In this document: piece by piece, positions 26,805 to 39,483 of the stretch
Position numbering within the stretch: the first letter of the stretch is position 1
How the letters are laid out: each line of letters begins with the position of its first letter
Assembly: GCA_951406725.2 (NCBI GenBank)
Contig: OX597817.1
Coordinates: 158,286,001 to 158,350,000, forward strand
Direction of reading: 5' to 3'
Source of the DNA: Octopus vulgaris
Lineage: Eukaryota
DNA: 64,000 bases
The notes under the pieces: model-generated
The model's input: only the letters and a program-made list of their open reading frames with translations
What the model was told of the DNA's origin: nothing
The model's database searches: none
Position numbers and translations under genes: made by a program

Positions 26805-27430
26805 ATCTCTTTTGAGGTTTCCAGGCCCTCTCCAAATGATGGGATTGATGTGGTTGATATTAAGCTTGAATGTCTGTTGGTTGGTACCCATAGGCAAAAT
26901 GTAGTCAAGGAGAACATTCCAGAGAATTGAAGTTCTGCAAGAAATGGTTGAACGAAATATTTACAGTGTAGAGCCTGGAGGGTGAGACACATTAAGAATG
27001 CTGAAAGAAGAAGTAAGTGCATTGGCTTGAACAGAGATAATATACAGCTTGGTTGTTTAGAGAAGCAGATACTGTTGTGATAGCATTAGAGGAAATAGAG
27101 CCATAAAAATCAGCTTATCTTTGGGTGAGTAGTTGTACTGTGTTTGTGAGAGAGTCTTTTCTAATCACTACTACAATAGCCTCTGCCCCTTTCAATTTGC
27201 TATCAGTGTACTACCTAATCTTCTCCTCCTTTAACTGCACATACAATGTCTCAACACTCAGATCCATTCTAAACACCTTGCGGAATTTTTCCTTTGCAAC
27301 CTTCTGGAATTCCAACCGCATCAACATCACCAGCTTATCACATTTTGCATCCAACAGGTCCAAATGTTGCTATTTCTAACAGATTAAGCAATGAAACAGA
27401 GGCTTTCCTCATTGGTTTGTCTTATATAAG

Positions 27431-27795
27431 GGGAGGCGCAATGGCCCAGTGGTTAGGGCAGCGGACTCGCGGTCGTAGGATCGCGGTTTTGATTCCCAGA
27501 CCGGGCGTTGTGAGTGTTTATTGAGCGAAAACACCTAAAGCTCCACGAGGCTCCGGCAGGGGATGGTGGTGATCCCTGCTGTACTCTTTCACCACAACTT
27601 TCTCTCACTCTTACTTCCTGTTTCTGTTTTACCTGTATTTCAAAGGGCCGGCCTTGTCACTCTCTGTGTCACGCTGAATATCCCCGAGAACTACGTTAAG
27701 GGTGCACGTGTCTGTGGAGTGCTCAGCCACTTGCGCGTTAATTTCTCGAGCAGGCTGTTCCGTTGATTCGGATCAACCGGAACCCTCGTCGTCGT
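27431..27795 (+). mobile_element. tRNA-derived SINE family B
   Basis: Head GGAGGCGCAATGGCCCAGTGG (A box)..GGTTTTGATTCCC (B box); near-identical copies at 28546, 37676 and 46273. Confidence 0.9.
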
Positions 27796-27943
27796 AACCG
27801 ACGGAGTGCTTCCAATCCAATAAGGAATTTTATTAACCGTGTGTTTACTGGTGTCAACCATTGCTAGTTTCTTTAGAACCTAGATTTATTTTCATATCAA
27901 ATTTGACTTTAAGCTTATTAATTGTATTTTATTTTATTTCCAG

Positions 27944-28087
27944 ATCTGTCTGGTTGTAAATTAATCCAAATACCTGAAGCAGTATATTTTTTAATGAAGA
28001 ATGTTTTTGTTGAGAGTCTAGTTCTCACTAATAATCAAATTCCACGTCTACCAAAGAAATTTGGAGTGGTGTTTCCAGGAATCTCAG
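27944..28087 (+). CDS. LRRC20: LRRC20-like, coding exon 2
   Basis: tttccag|..(D)LSGCKLIQIPEAVYFLMKNVFVESLVLTNNQIPRLPKKFGVVFPGIS+G|GTACAT; 144 nt, phase 1-1; LRR pattern. Confidence 0.9.
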
Positions 28088-28545
28088 GTACATTCCAAAT
28101 CTTTTCTATAATCAGCAAAAGTATATACCTTAACATTACTATTGAACTTTAGTACAACTATTTTAACTCTTGGTTCTTGGGGTCCTCTTGCAAAAATTTG
28201 AACTAGACCCCACCTTGTTTTTCTTTCTGCAGACTTTGATTATAGTCGAAATATTTTCTGATCCTAATTAAGAATTTTATTCTTTGGGATGCAAGTTCGG
28301 CAGTATTTATGTGGGTGTTGGATTGAGAGGTCATCAGAGACTGTGAAGCTTAATATTTGTATTGACCCCAAAATGGGATTTCTCTGAAGAATCTTTGGAA
28401 CTGTGTTAAAAAACTTCCCATCAACGAAATGAGTTATTGATGGAAACTGTAGGTGGTTCTCATGCTTTTATCAATAGCGAGGGTAACGTTGGGGAATGAC
28501 ATAAGCAGGCAAGTCTCCTGTAGATCTGAATTTAAGGAAACTATA

Positions 28546-28929
28546 GGAGGAAGCACTCCGTCGGTTATGACGACGAGGGTTCCGGTTGATCCAAATCAAC
28601 GGAACAGCCTGCTCATGAAATTAACGTGTAAGTGGCTGAGCACTCCACAGACACGTGCACCCTTAACGTAGTTCTCGGGGATATTCAGCGTGACACAGAG
28701 AGTGACAAGGCCGGCCCCTTGAAATACAGGTACAACAGAAACAGGAAGTAAGAGTGAGAGAAAGTTGTGGTGAAAGAGTACAGCAGGGATCACCATCCCC
28801 TGCCGGAGCCTCGTGGAGCTTTAGGTGTTTTTGCTCAATAAACACTCACAACGCCCGGTCTGGGAATCAAAACCGCGATCCTATGACCGCGAGTCCGCTG
28901 CCCTAACCACTGGGCCATTGCGACTCCAC
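28546..28929 (-). mobile_element. tRNA-derived SINE family B
   Basis: Reverse copy; 13-bp TSD taaggaaactata. Confidence 0.9.
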
Positions 28930-29513
28930 TAAGGAAACTATACTAGTATGTACAATAGAGAACTCAATGTGATGGCAGTAATTCTTAAAAAATGTTACCA
29001 TTTCTGTAGGAGTGTAGCTAACAGAGCCATTTTAGTTGAAAAGCAGTGAGTAAGAGGATTCCATAGGGTTGCTTTAATTTGGGAGGCAGGAGAGCTTGAA
29101 GGCCATATCATCTTGCTTTTTTTTTTATGTTAATTTTCTTGCATGTATTGCAGTAATGGATAAAAGCCTCTGAGTTGTGGTAGTGGGTGACTTCCTTAAG
29201 GTGTTAAAGATAGTATTTAATTGTTATGGGACAGCTGCTTAGGGGATTTGAGGGTTAAGGATTTTGATTCTGAGAGTGGTATGAAGTTACACGACTGTGA
29301 GTATGATTTCAGCTACTTGGTTAGCTCTTCCAGATGGATCAGTTGTGAAACACATTTGTTGCTGGAAGTAATCAACATAGAACTGGCAAAGCTCTGATCA
29401 GTTAGGTGGTGGTTGGGATTCCAGAATCTTATTCACTTTCCCATGAACCATTTTTGTTTAATGAAGAAAGAAATATTTTCTGATTAAAAAAAAAAAATTC
29501 CTTTCCTCAACAG

Positions 29514-29681
29514 AATTATGTCTCAAGAAAAACAAATTCAGTAGTCTTCCAGATGAGCTACAAGACTTAACAAATCTCCAGTCTCTAGATATATCCTTCA
29601 ATAGCTTCACGTGTATACCAAATGCTGTCTACAGATTACCAAAGCTAGTAAACCTGAATGCAGAAAACAATTCAATAACTG
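29514..29681 (+). CDS. LRRC20: LRRC20-like, coding exon 3
   Basis: caacag|..(E)LCLKKNKFSSLPDELQDLTNLQSLDISFNSFTCIPNAVYRLPKLVNLNAENNSIT+G|GTAAGT; 168 nt; canonical LxxLxLxxN repeats. Confidence 0.92.
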
Positions 29682-30512
29682 GTAAGTAACACTAACAACT
29701 TTTTTTCCTTTTGTGTTTGATGTGTTTGAAGGATGACAGTTGCATAGGAAAGTGCCGAGTGCTCTAAATAGAATGAACTAGTGAAAAAGGAGACCCAGGA
29801 AAATGTGAGAAGTTGTGAAAGTTGAACCTAATGTGGGAGACGACAAAAACCTGCACAATTGGCTGTTCTAGAGAATGACCATCCAACCTATTCAGGTACA
29901 GGCAAATGAATGTAGAATGATGATGATGGTGCTGGTGGAGATAGTGGTGATGATGATGATGATGTATTTATTTTTGGTCATTATTGATCAAAGTCATCCC
30001 ACTGACCATACCAGCTTTGTTTGTCCTGCATGGTATATCTAGGACTACATTATCCAATGTGTCCTTCCTTTATTTAAGATGATAAGCAACATATTGGCGG
30101 AATTGTTAGTGCTGAAGAGAATGCCTGATGCTGTTTGTTCCAACTGTCTGAACTCTGAGTTCAAGTCCCGCTTAGGTCAATGGTACTTCTCATTCTTTTG
30201 AGGCGACTAAAAAAGTACTGACCTACCAGACTGGTTGACAGGTGGAACTATTTGAAGGTTGGGTGAAACACCTTGCAGTATCCATGTTGGCACTGTGTTC
30301 TGACAGCAATGTCTACAACAACAAATACTGATGCCAAGCTGTACTGAGTCAAGTCAGTAGCCTTTCCTTGGATAAATATTACTGGAACAAGACATGCAGA
30401 AACAACTTCTAGTTTTTCTCAAAAATTCCTGTCCTCGCATGGTTAGGCATGTGTAGAGGCATGGTCAACATTCACTGATATAGACACTATTGTTAATTTG
30501 GTTGATATATTG

Positions 30513-31003
30513 AAATTGAACCAAATCAAGTGAAATCGAAATTGAACCAAATTCGATGACTGGCACCCATGCCAGTGGAGCGCTAACAGCTCCATCCAAG
30601 CGAGATCACTGCCAGAGCAGCTGGCTGGCACATAAAGAGCACCATTTGAGCGTGATCGCTGTCAGCATTGCCTCACTGGCACTTGTGCCAGTGGCACGTG
30701 AACAAAACATTCGCGTGAAGTTGTTGCCAGTGCTGCTGGACTGACTCCTGTGCAGGTGGCACGTAAAAAACACCATTTTCGAGCGTGGCCGTTGCCAGTA
30801 CCGCCAGACTGGCCCTCATGCCAGTGGCACTTTAAAAGCACCCACCACATTCCCAGAGTGGTTGGCGTTAGGAAGGGCATCCAGCTGTAGAAACTCTGCC
30901 AGATCAGATTGGAGCCTGGCACAGCCATCTGGTTCGCCAGTCCTCAGTCAAATCGTCCAACCCATGCTAGCATGGAAAGCGGACGTTAAATGATGATGAT
31001 GAT
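30513..31003 (+). mobile_element. GAT-tailed repeat family C
   Basis: Ends GGAAAGCGGACGTTAAATGATGATGAT. Confidence 0.85.
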
Positions 31004-31262
31004 ATTTAGCAGTTTCAGTGACTACATTGTGGATTCTGTGTTGGCCTGTTTCTTTTATGATTTTTCCATATGCTCTACTTTTTGGCATACAGTCAAATTT
31101 TTTAGACCAAAATTTAGAGCCAAAAATGATAGGATAACTTATACACCAAGATGACTTTGGCGGACCAAAAGTTTCATGTGAAATGCTGCAGGATTTGTAA
31201 AGATGATGAAGCTTAGATATTTACATGTCTTCACTATATACTCTGTCGACTTGTATTCTTAT

Positions 31263-31642
31263 TCTTTTACTTGTTTCAGTCATTTGATTGCAGCCATGCT
31301 GGAGCACTGCCTTAAATTGTTTTAGTCAAAGAAATTGACCCCAGAACTTATTCTTTGTAAGCCTAGTACTTATTCTATCAGTTTCTTTTGCTAGACTGCT
31401 AAGTTAAGTTATTAGGACATAAACACACCAGCATCAGTTGTCAAGTGATAGCAGGATGACACACACACACACACACAAATATATACATATATGACAGGTT
31501 TCTTTCAGTTTGTCTACCAAATCCACTCACAAGGCTTTGGTTGGCCTAAAGCTACAGTAGAAGACACTTGCCCAAGGTGCTATGCAGTGAGACTGAACCC
31601 GGAACTATATGGTTGGGAAGCAAGCTTCTTACCACACAGCCA
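31263..31642 (-). mobile_element. tRNA-derived SINE family A
   Basis: Diverged reverse copy in LRRC20 intron 3. Confidence 0.85.
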
Positions 31643-31699
31643 AAGGAAAATATAAAAGATACTAAATGCTTTCTTTTTCTTTTTTAATTATTTCACCAG

Positions 31700-31830
31700 A
31701 TGTAGACCAGGAGAAACTCGAAGGTATGGCTTCTATAGAAGAAGTGAATCTGTGTAACAATCCTATACCAGCAGACCAGCAGAGAGCCTTGCAGGATATT
31801 GCAGAGATTCATGTCTTAGTCGGAAGCTGA
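31700..31830 (+). CDS. LRRC20: LRRC20-like, coding exon 4 (stop)
   Basis: caccag|..(D)VDQEKLEGMASIEEVNLCNNPIPADQQRALQDIAEIHVLVGS*; four exons total 522 nt = 173 aa plus stop, all phases consistent. Confidence 0.9.
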
Positions 31831-32807
31831 TAAAAGTTTTATCTGATATCTTTTCTTGGAATCTTAAATAGGAGAAAGACAATGATTTTTGGCAAAATGG
31901 TAAGGTCACCTGACGTTTATTTTATGATTTATTATGGTTTGTTTTGACAGTTCATCCCTGTTACTTGCTATGTCTACTTCATATTTCCTCAAGGAAGAAA
32001 GAAAAAAAAATGTAACTTGTAATTCTATTGGTCTTGAGTGCTGATGCCAAAGAATGTGGAAAGAATTAACAGTTGTTATTTGCTAGAATGTGGCACAACC
32101 TAATTGAAAAAATATCTAATCTTTATGCTATGTATCAACGCTACATCATCATCATCATCATCGTTTAGTGTCCGTTTTCCATGGGTTGGACGGTTCAACT
32201 GGGGTCTATGAAGCCAGAAGGCTGCACCAGGCCCAGTCAGATCTGGCAGTGTTTCTACGGCTGGATGCCCTTCCTAACGCCAACCATTCCGTGAGTGTAG
32301 TGGGTGCTTTTCACGTGCCACCCGCACAGGTGCCAGACAGAGCTGGCAAACGGCCACAAACGGATGGTGCTTTTATGTGCCACCGGCACGGGGGCCAGTC
32401 GAGGCTGGCAACGGACACGAACGGATGGTGCTTTTTATGTGCCACCATAAATGAATAATAATAATAATTATATCATTAGTGCTTCTAAACACACTGTGGT
32501 TGGAGTGTTGCATTCACGATTGCTAGATCATGGGTTCAATTCCTAGGCTGAGTAACACATTGTGTTCTTGAGCAAAACACTCCAGTCCACTCAGCTGTAA
32601 ATGGGTAACCCTGTGATGGATTAGCCTTCAGCAGGGTGGCATCATTGAGAAGCTAAAACAGTGCAAAATGCATTGGGACCAGCAATGTATAATAACATCC
32701 AATAGTCTGGTTGATCACGTGATAAAAGCCACTATTGGTTGTTGTTTGTCTCAAAATTTGAGGGAAAAGAAACAAAGAACAATTAGTGTAGTTATTGTTT
32801 TTTTTAA

Positions 32808-33309
32808 CCCTTTCGCTACTGTATTTCTGTTGAGATGCTCTGTGTTTTTTTCAATTACTTTAAATATAACCATCCAAACATGACCGATGCCAGCGCCGCC
32901 TTGACTGGCTTCCGTGCTGGTGGCACGTAAAAAGCACCAACCGATCGTGGCCGTTGCCAGCTTTGCCTGGCACGTAAAAAGCATCCACTACACTTACGGA
33001 GTGGTTGGCGTTAGGAAGGGCATCCAGCTGTAGAAACACTGCCAGATCAGATTGTAGCCTGGTGCAGCCTTCTGGCTTCCCAGACCCCGGTCGAACCGTC
33101 CAACCCATGCTAGCATGGAAAATGGACGTTAAACGATGATGATGATGATAACAAAGAATTTAGTAAAATAACTTAGTTATCATTCAGCTAGTGTTAGGAA
33201 CGTAAATTGTGACTAAGGTTTGGTGGGAGATTTTAATTCAAAACTTATGAAAACATGACATTTGTACTCAGAGCCAGAGCTGGTTTCAGCTGGGTTGGTA
33301 ATGAAAGGG
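32808..33309. mobile_element. piggyBac-like MITE with nested SINE-like repeat
   Basis: TTAA|CCCTTTC .. GAAAGGG|TTAA; GAT-tailed repeat at 32875-33148 inside. Confidence 0.75.
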
Positions 33310-33664
33310 TTAATAATATGGCATTCAAAGGTGGCAAGCTGGCAGGATTGTTAGCATGCCAGGCAAAATACTTGGCGGCATTTTGTCTGTCATTATGTTT
33401 TGAGTTCAAATTCTGCCAAGGTTGACTTTGCCTTTCATCTCTTTTGAGGAAGATAAAATAAGTACCACTTGAGCATTTGGGTCGATGTAATCAACTTAAC
33501 CCTTCCCCTGAATTTGCTGGCCTTGTGCCAAAATTTGAAACCAATATGACATTCAAAACACACATACACACTCTCTCTCTCTCTCTCGTCTTTTTCCCCC
33601 TCTCTCCCATATATCAATGTATGTATTGAGAATATACTAATGTATGAATATGTTATATTTTCAG

Positions 33665-34090
33665 ATCAAAGATGTTCGATGACTCAACTGAAGATATTTT
33701 AATTAATTTGTTGATCCCTGCCTTCCTACCGAAATTAAAGCCATTTTATTTATATTGTTAACCCCTTCCCATTAAAACAGCTTAAATTATATGATGTGAT
33801 TTGTACTTCAATTTTAACTAAAATCTCCCCATTTTGATATTGCTTTGGCATATTGAGCACAGAACAAGTGGAACTGTTTGCCGATTTAAAGCACCGAAAT
33901 ATATTTTGTGATCTGAACGAGAATTTCACTGCTTTTCCCTGTTTTCACTGTGATATTTTAAAATGAAAAACATACGCATGTTATTTATTTTTTAAAATAT
34001 AAATTTTATATCATATTTATAAATTTTGGATTTTCTAAAACAGTTTTTTATTCTGTTTCTGAGATAAACTGAAAATAAACGACACATTTT
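33665..34090 (+). other. Candidate non-coding last exon (3' UTR) of LRRC20
   Basis: Donor G|GTAAGG at 31900, acceptor tatattttcag at 33664, AT-rich unique sequence with AATAAA near 34074. End approximate. Confidence 0.4.
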
Positions 34091-34510
34091 TGATGGATTG
34101 TAGTTATGAAAGTTTAATTTTAATGCATGTACTAATGCAGGCCCTTGGTTTCATTGGTTTGAATACAGGTATGATAGACTTCTAAATCTGTTCCATTTTA
34201 ATTAATTAATATTCAAATTACGATGAACGTAAACAAACAAAGTTTGCTTTAGAAGCGTTGAAATGTCTTAAATTGTTTTAGTCAAAGAGATTGACCCCAG
34301 AACTTATTCTTTGGCGGCCGGCTATGAGATGGCCACCAACACTTTTTTCTTCAAAATAGGTGTAGCTTATCCTGTTCAGGCTAATATTATTAGCATTATC
34401 CTGCGTTTGAGAATTTAAAATCACTTCTTTAACTTTTTAATTAATTAATATTCATAGTTGAGGTTGCAATCACAACTAAATTTGTGTGGTTAGTTAAGCC
34501 TCCTAAAATA

Positions 34511-35052
34511 TCTATAATAATAAATGGCAAGTTTGTGTGTTTATGAATTTGTTACTTTAACTCCTCTGAGACTATCCAACAGACCTTGATGAAACTTGAC
34601 ATGTGTATGGGGCTTATGCCCATGTGGTCACTTACGCACTTGGAATTTTTTTAAAAAATCGATTTTTAATCAGCATCAATTTTTCAAAAATTGTAAAATT
34701 TTGGCATTTTTTGCACTAACCATCATGACATCAATTTGACGGAAAATGTGTCATGGGAATAAACAGACAGTTTATTAATGGTAATCTATTTAGCATTTGC
34801 TAATTCTTCATTTCAATGTGAATTGTTTTGATTTGCTAAAACTAATTATTTCAATTTGTTGTTTTAATTCCCCGGCATTTCAGGTTTTGATTAGGTAAGA
34901 CCATTTTATTTTTCAAGCAAAATTTAGGTATTTTGCGCACTAGCCGTTGTGACATCAATTTGACAAAATCTGCCCCAAAGTGTAAAATTTTGACATTTTA
35001 CACACATGCACAAAAATGACGACCACATGGGTTCATTACCAGATTCTGCTAG
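34511..35052 (+). mobile_element. Non-autonomous Helitron-like element
   Basis: A|TCTATAATAATAAA.. ends CTAG|T. Confidence 0.55.
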
Positions 35053-35174
35053 TTTTTTTTACCCATTAATATAGATTTTAAATTTTTGTAAAATGTTGAA
35101 ATTTGATGAAAAATGTTTCATGGCTATAAACAGACATCTTATTAATCGTAATTTTTTACTGGGTACCTCAGCTA

Positions 35175-35208
<34 letters not shown>

Positions 35209-35695
35209 TGCTAAAAGATTTAAGGTATTAGTTGATGTATATAGCAGAGATAACTGTTGTTGCAGTAATGGATGATTAAATGAACATGTATTGTATGCTA
35301 ACAGTGGAAGGTACTTATGGAAGGAGAAAACATGGGAAGAATTGGTTGGGGTCATATCTCCTGATGTTGGTCTTCATAAAAGAGAGCAGTGGTGACATGC
35401 TGCATAATAGAGATGTTAGCATGGTAGTCTGACTGTTAAATGATAATGGTACATAAAGTCACTAGCTCAAACTGCAATGGAATTCTATTTAAATTCAATA
35501 TTCTGAAACCAGTATTAAGTATTACTCATCAAAGATTTAATTTTAAAAAAAAATGAATACCCTTAATTCAACTTACTACATCCAAGATGCAACAGATTAT
35601 GGTTGTGTGCTGAGTCAGACATATTTTCTCTTCAGAACATGTAACGAGAAACTAATGAAGCTTTGTATTTTATGGCAATCAAAATGTAGATTTAA

Positions 35696-36112
35696 CCCTT
35701 TTGATACCAACCTGATTGTAACTGCCCTGGTTCTATGATATAAACTAATAATAATAATAATAATAATCATCAAAAAATACCTTAGGAATGAGAACCCAGG
35801 TTCAAAATTTCCCCAAGACACCTGATGAAGGCTGGAGGATATATTAGCTGAAAGGTTATGTTAACAACAAACAAGATGAGGACAAATATCCGTCAAATGT
35901 AAATAATGTACATAATTCTTCATCTCTTAAATATAGAACTGTATAAACTTCTTACTTTAAAGTGACGTAAATTAAAACCTATCAAAATTTCGTGTTAACT
36001 TTTTGCTCCAAACATCATCATGATAACAGTTATTTTACTAAATTCTTCATTATTTTCTAAATTATTTGAAATAAATGCAGTGTACATCAACAGGAATATG
36101 GTAATAAAAGGA
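35696..36112. mobile_element. piggyBac-like MITE (same family, reverse) with nested insert
   Basis: TTAA|CCCTTTTGATACCA .. TGGTAATAAAAGGA|TTAA; internal similarity to 32808-33309. Confidence 0.65.
35770..35945 (+). mobile_element. Short Penelope-like fragment with degenerate hammerhead core
   Basis: CTGATGA-A-GGCTG..TAGCT-GAAA at 35822-35853; next to an (AAT)n tract; nested inside a TTAA MITE. Confidence 0.45.
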
Positions 36113-37006
36113 TTAAGTACATATTTTATAAAACCCTTTAGGAGTACATCTTAATAAGGGTTTAAGATTATTTGCTTTTGCTGTAAAATATATATTTTTA
36201 GCCTCAACCATACAACTTTTTTGTATGATCGCAACTTCAGCTAGAACTTATACTTGTCCATAGTTCAAAGATTTAGACCAGTGTACAGAATGCATTGTAT
36301 TGTATTCTTGTTGTTTAGTGACTTGATTTTATTTTTGAAACTCATTGATAATATTGTCAGATATCTTGAAGGTTAAGTTATAGAATGGTGTTGGTAAAAG
36401 GCAATAGACAAATTTAAAGCCTCCAAGACAAAATCAGAAACATAACCTAAAATGCCTTGAACATGATGGAATTAATACAATTACCAACATTGCGGTCGTT
36501 TGCCTCAAATCGCCAGGCCTGGTCGGTGTTTGTGAGAGATGCAGCATTGAGGATGAATGAAGCCAGCTCAACCCACCCCAGGTGAATGATGACTCAAGAA
36601 AAAGAAAAAAAAAGTAACCACTCATATCAGCACTGTCAAATTCCCAGAGAAAATTAGAGATTTGGAAGTAGTTTGCCTGTGCAAGTGCAGTCAGTTGAAA
36701 ATTCTTCATACAAGCTGCCAGAAGGTGTCAGGAGTAATCAGGAGAGAATGTGTACCCCAATGTGAGGTTTCAACTCCTGTTTTGGCTGACTAGTATTTGA
36801 TTACAAGTCCGTTTTGGGATCATCACCTTTCCAGCTAGGTTTTGACATTCCTTTTCAGCCATACCCAATAGCTGGCCTTCTCAACTGTCACATAACAAAA
36901 ACTCAAGTGAAGTAACATTATTCAGATCCATCACCATCTTATGTACACCTTCAACAATTTTTGAAAAGGCAAACTTTTGACATTGCTAACCTATACATTC
37001 CTCTCT

Positions 37007-37478
37007 CATCATCATCATCATCGTTTAACATCCGCTTTCCATGCTAGCATGGGTTGGACAATATGACTGAGGACTGGCAAACCAGATGGCTGCACCAGGC
37101 TCCAATCTTGATCTGGCAGACTTTCTACAGCTAGATGCCCTTTCTAACGCCAACCATTCCAAGAGTGTAGTGGCTGCTTTTATGTGCCACCAGCATGAGG
37201 GCCAGTCAGGCGGTACTGGAAACGGTCAGGCTCAAATGGTGTTTTTTACATGCAACCTGCACAGGAGCCAGTCCAGCAGCACTGGCAACGACCTCGCTCG
37301 AAAATTTTCACACATGCCAGTAAGGCGACACTGGTAACGATCACACTCAAATGGTGCTTTTTATGTACTCTGGCAACAATCACGCTTGGATGGTGCTCTT
37401 AGCGCTCCACTAGCACAGATGCCAGTCATCGAATTTGATTTCGTTTTTCGATTTCACTTGCCTCAACAGGTCTTCGCA
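37007..37478 (-). mobile_element. GAT-tailed repeat family C
   Basis: Same family, reverse. Confidence 0.85.
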
Positions 37479-37675
37479 AAGACCACTACACTCAACCATT
37501 ACACTGATTACAAAACCAGTGCAGAAATTTCGTGATGACCTCATCTAAAACAACTTTCCCACTTGTTCGATTCTAATGGTTCAAGGTGTTTGGCAAGAAA
37601 GCGGTTAAAAATGGAGTCTTGGTCAAAGGTGCATTTTTTTTACTTTGTGTGTGTATGAGCTTATTTTATTAACTG

Positions 37676-38058
37676 TGGAGGCGCAATGGCCCAGTGGTCA
37701 GGGCAGCGGACTTGCGGTCGGAGGATTGCGGTTTCGATTCCCAGACCGGGCGTTGTGTGTGTTTATTGAACGAAAACACCTAAAGCTCCACGAGGCTCCG
37801 GCAGGGGATGGTGGTGATCCCTGCTGTACTCTTTCACCACAACTTTCTCTCACTCTTACTTCCTGTTTCTGTTGTACCTGTATTTCAAAGGGCCGGTCTT
37901 GTCACTCTCTGTGTCATGCTGAATATCCCTGAGAACTACATTAAGGGTGCACATGTCTGTGGAGTGCTCAGCCACTTACATGTTAATTTCACGAGCAGGC
38001 TGTTGCGTTGATCGGATCAACCGGAACCCTCATCGTCGTAACCGACGGAGTGCTTCCA
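37676..38058 (+). mobile_element. tRNA-derived SINE family B
   Basis: Full-length copy. Confidence 0.9.
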
Positions 38059-38790
38059 TCATCATTTTAAATTCTATACCTACAATATTACCAAATTCTA
38101 AACAGCATGAAACTACAGTTCAAATAGTGTTGCTAATTGCAGGTCAAAAACTGGAACAAAATACTGTTCTCTGTGAGAAATAAAGTCATTTTGCATTTTA
38201 TTAAGAAATTTTCTGTGGATTATTAATTTCTTCTGATTTTGAATATGACAGCAGTAAATTAAATATCCCAATCAATGAGTTAGAATTTTGGTGATATTAT
38301 TTATTAATGATTTAATCTGGAAATAGATGTCTAGAATGCAGTATCTTGTAAATAATATATATGAAAACACATAATTAACTGTATTCAACTTACATTGGTA
38401 ACTGAAAAGATTTGACACGTAAAAATCAACAACAATAGACGTTTACAATGTACACTAACAATCATATATCAGCAAATTTATCCAAATTTCTGCAATGCTT
38501 TTTTTCATACTGGACTAACTGCATTTCATCAAAATCTTTATCAGTATCGAGGCACTTATATAGAGAAGTGCACTATAAGACTGTACTTCTTGTTACTGAT
38601 TTTTATTTTGCATGTTTGTATTTCTAGTGTTGTGTTGTTTCCCATTTGTTTCTGCATGTTTTTATACATAAATCTTTAGTTAAATATATTCAATGAGAAT
38701 ATTATACACGGAATTTATATTGAGTGCTCTATTGTATCAAAGTATTAATACTATTAAAGTATTTATGTATTTAATTCGAGTGATTATATA

Positions 38791-39437
38791 TCATCATCAT
38801 CATCATCATTTAGCGTCCGCTTTCCATGCTAGCATGGGTTGGACGGTTCAACTGGTGTCTGTGAAGCCAGAAGGCTGCATCAGGCCCAGTCTGATCTTGC
38901 AGTGTTTCTACGGCTGGATGCCCTTCCTGACGCCAACCACTCCGCGAGTGTAGTGGGTGCTTTTTATGTGTCACCCGCACAGGTGCTAGACGGAGTTGGC
39001 AAATGGCCACGGGCGGATGGTGCTTTTTACGTGCCACCGGCATAGGGGCCAGGCGAGGCTGGCAATGGCCACGATCGGATGGTGCTACGTGCCACCGGCA
39101 CGGGGGCCAGGCGAGGCTGGCAATGGCCACGATCGGATGGTGCTTTTACGTTCCACCGGCACGGAGGTGCTGGCAACGGCCACGATTGGATGGTTCGCTT
39201 ACTTGTCACCGGCACTGGTATCACAGCTGCAATTTCCATTGATGTTGATCGACTTCGATTTTGGTTCTGCTTTCTGATATGATTTGGTTTGATTTTGATT
39301 TTCACTTGCCTCAATGGGTCTTCACAAGTGGAGTTTTGTGTCCCAAGAAGGAAAGGTATGTAGGCCACAGGTTATGTTCTCACTAGTCTTGCCGGGTCTT
39401 CTCACACACAGCATACTTCCATAGGTCTCGGTCTCTA
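38791..39437 (-). mobile_element. GAT-tailed repeat family C
   Basis: Same family with 3-4 internal units. Confidence 0.85.
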
Positions 39438-39483
39438 ATATTTTTTAATAATATATTATTATCAATATTAGGAAATCAATATC

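Noticed and set aside
27431-27505. tRNA gene
   Set aside because: tRNA-like head of a multi-copy SINE continuing into the SINE body; no complete acceptor stem.
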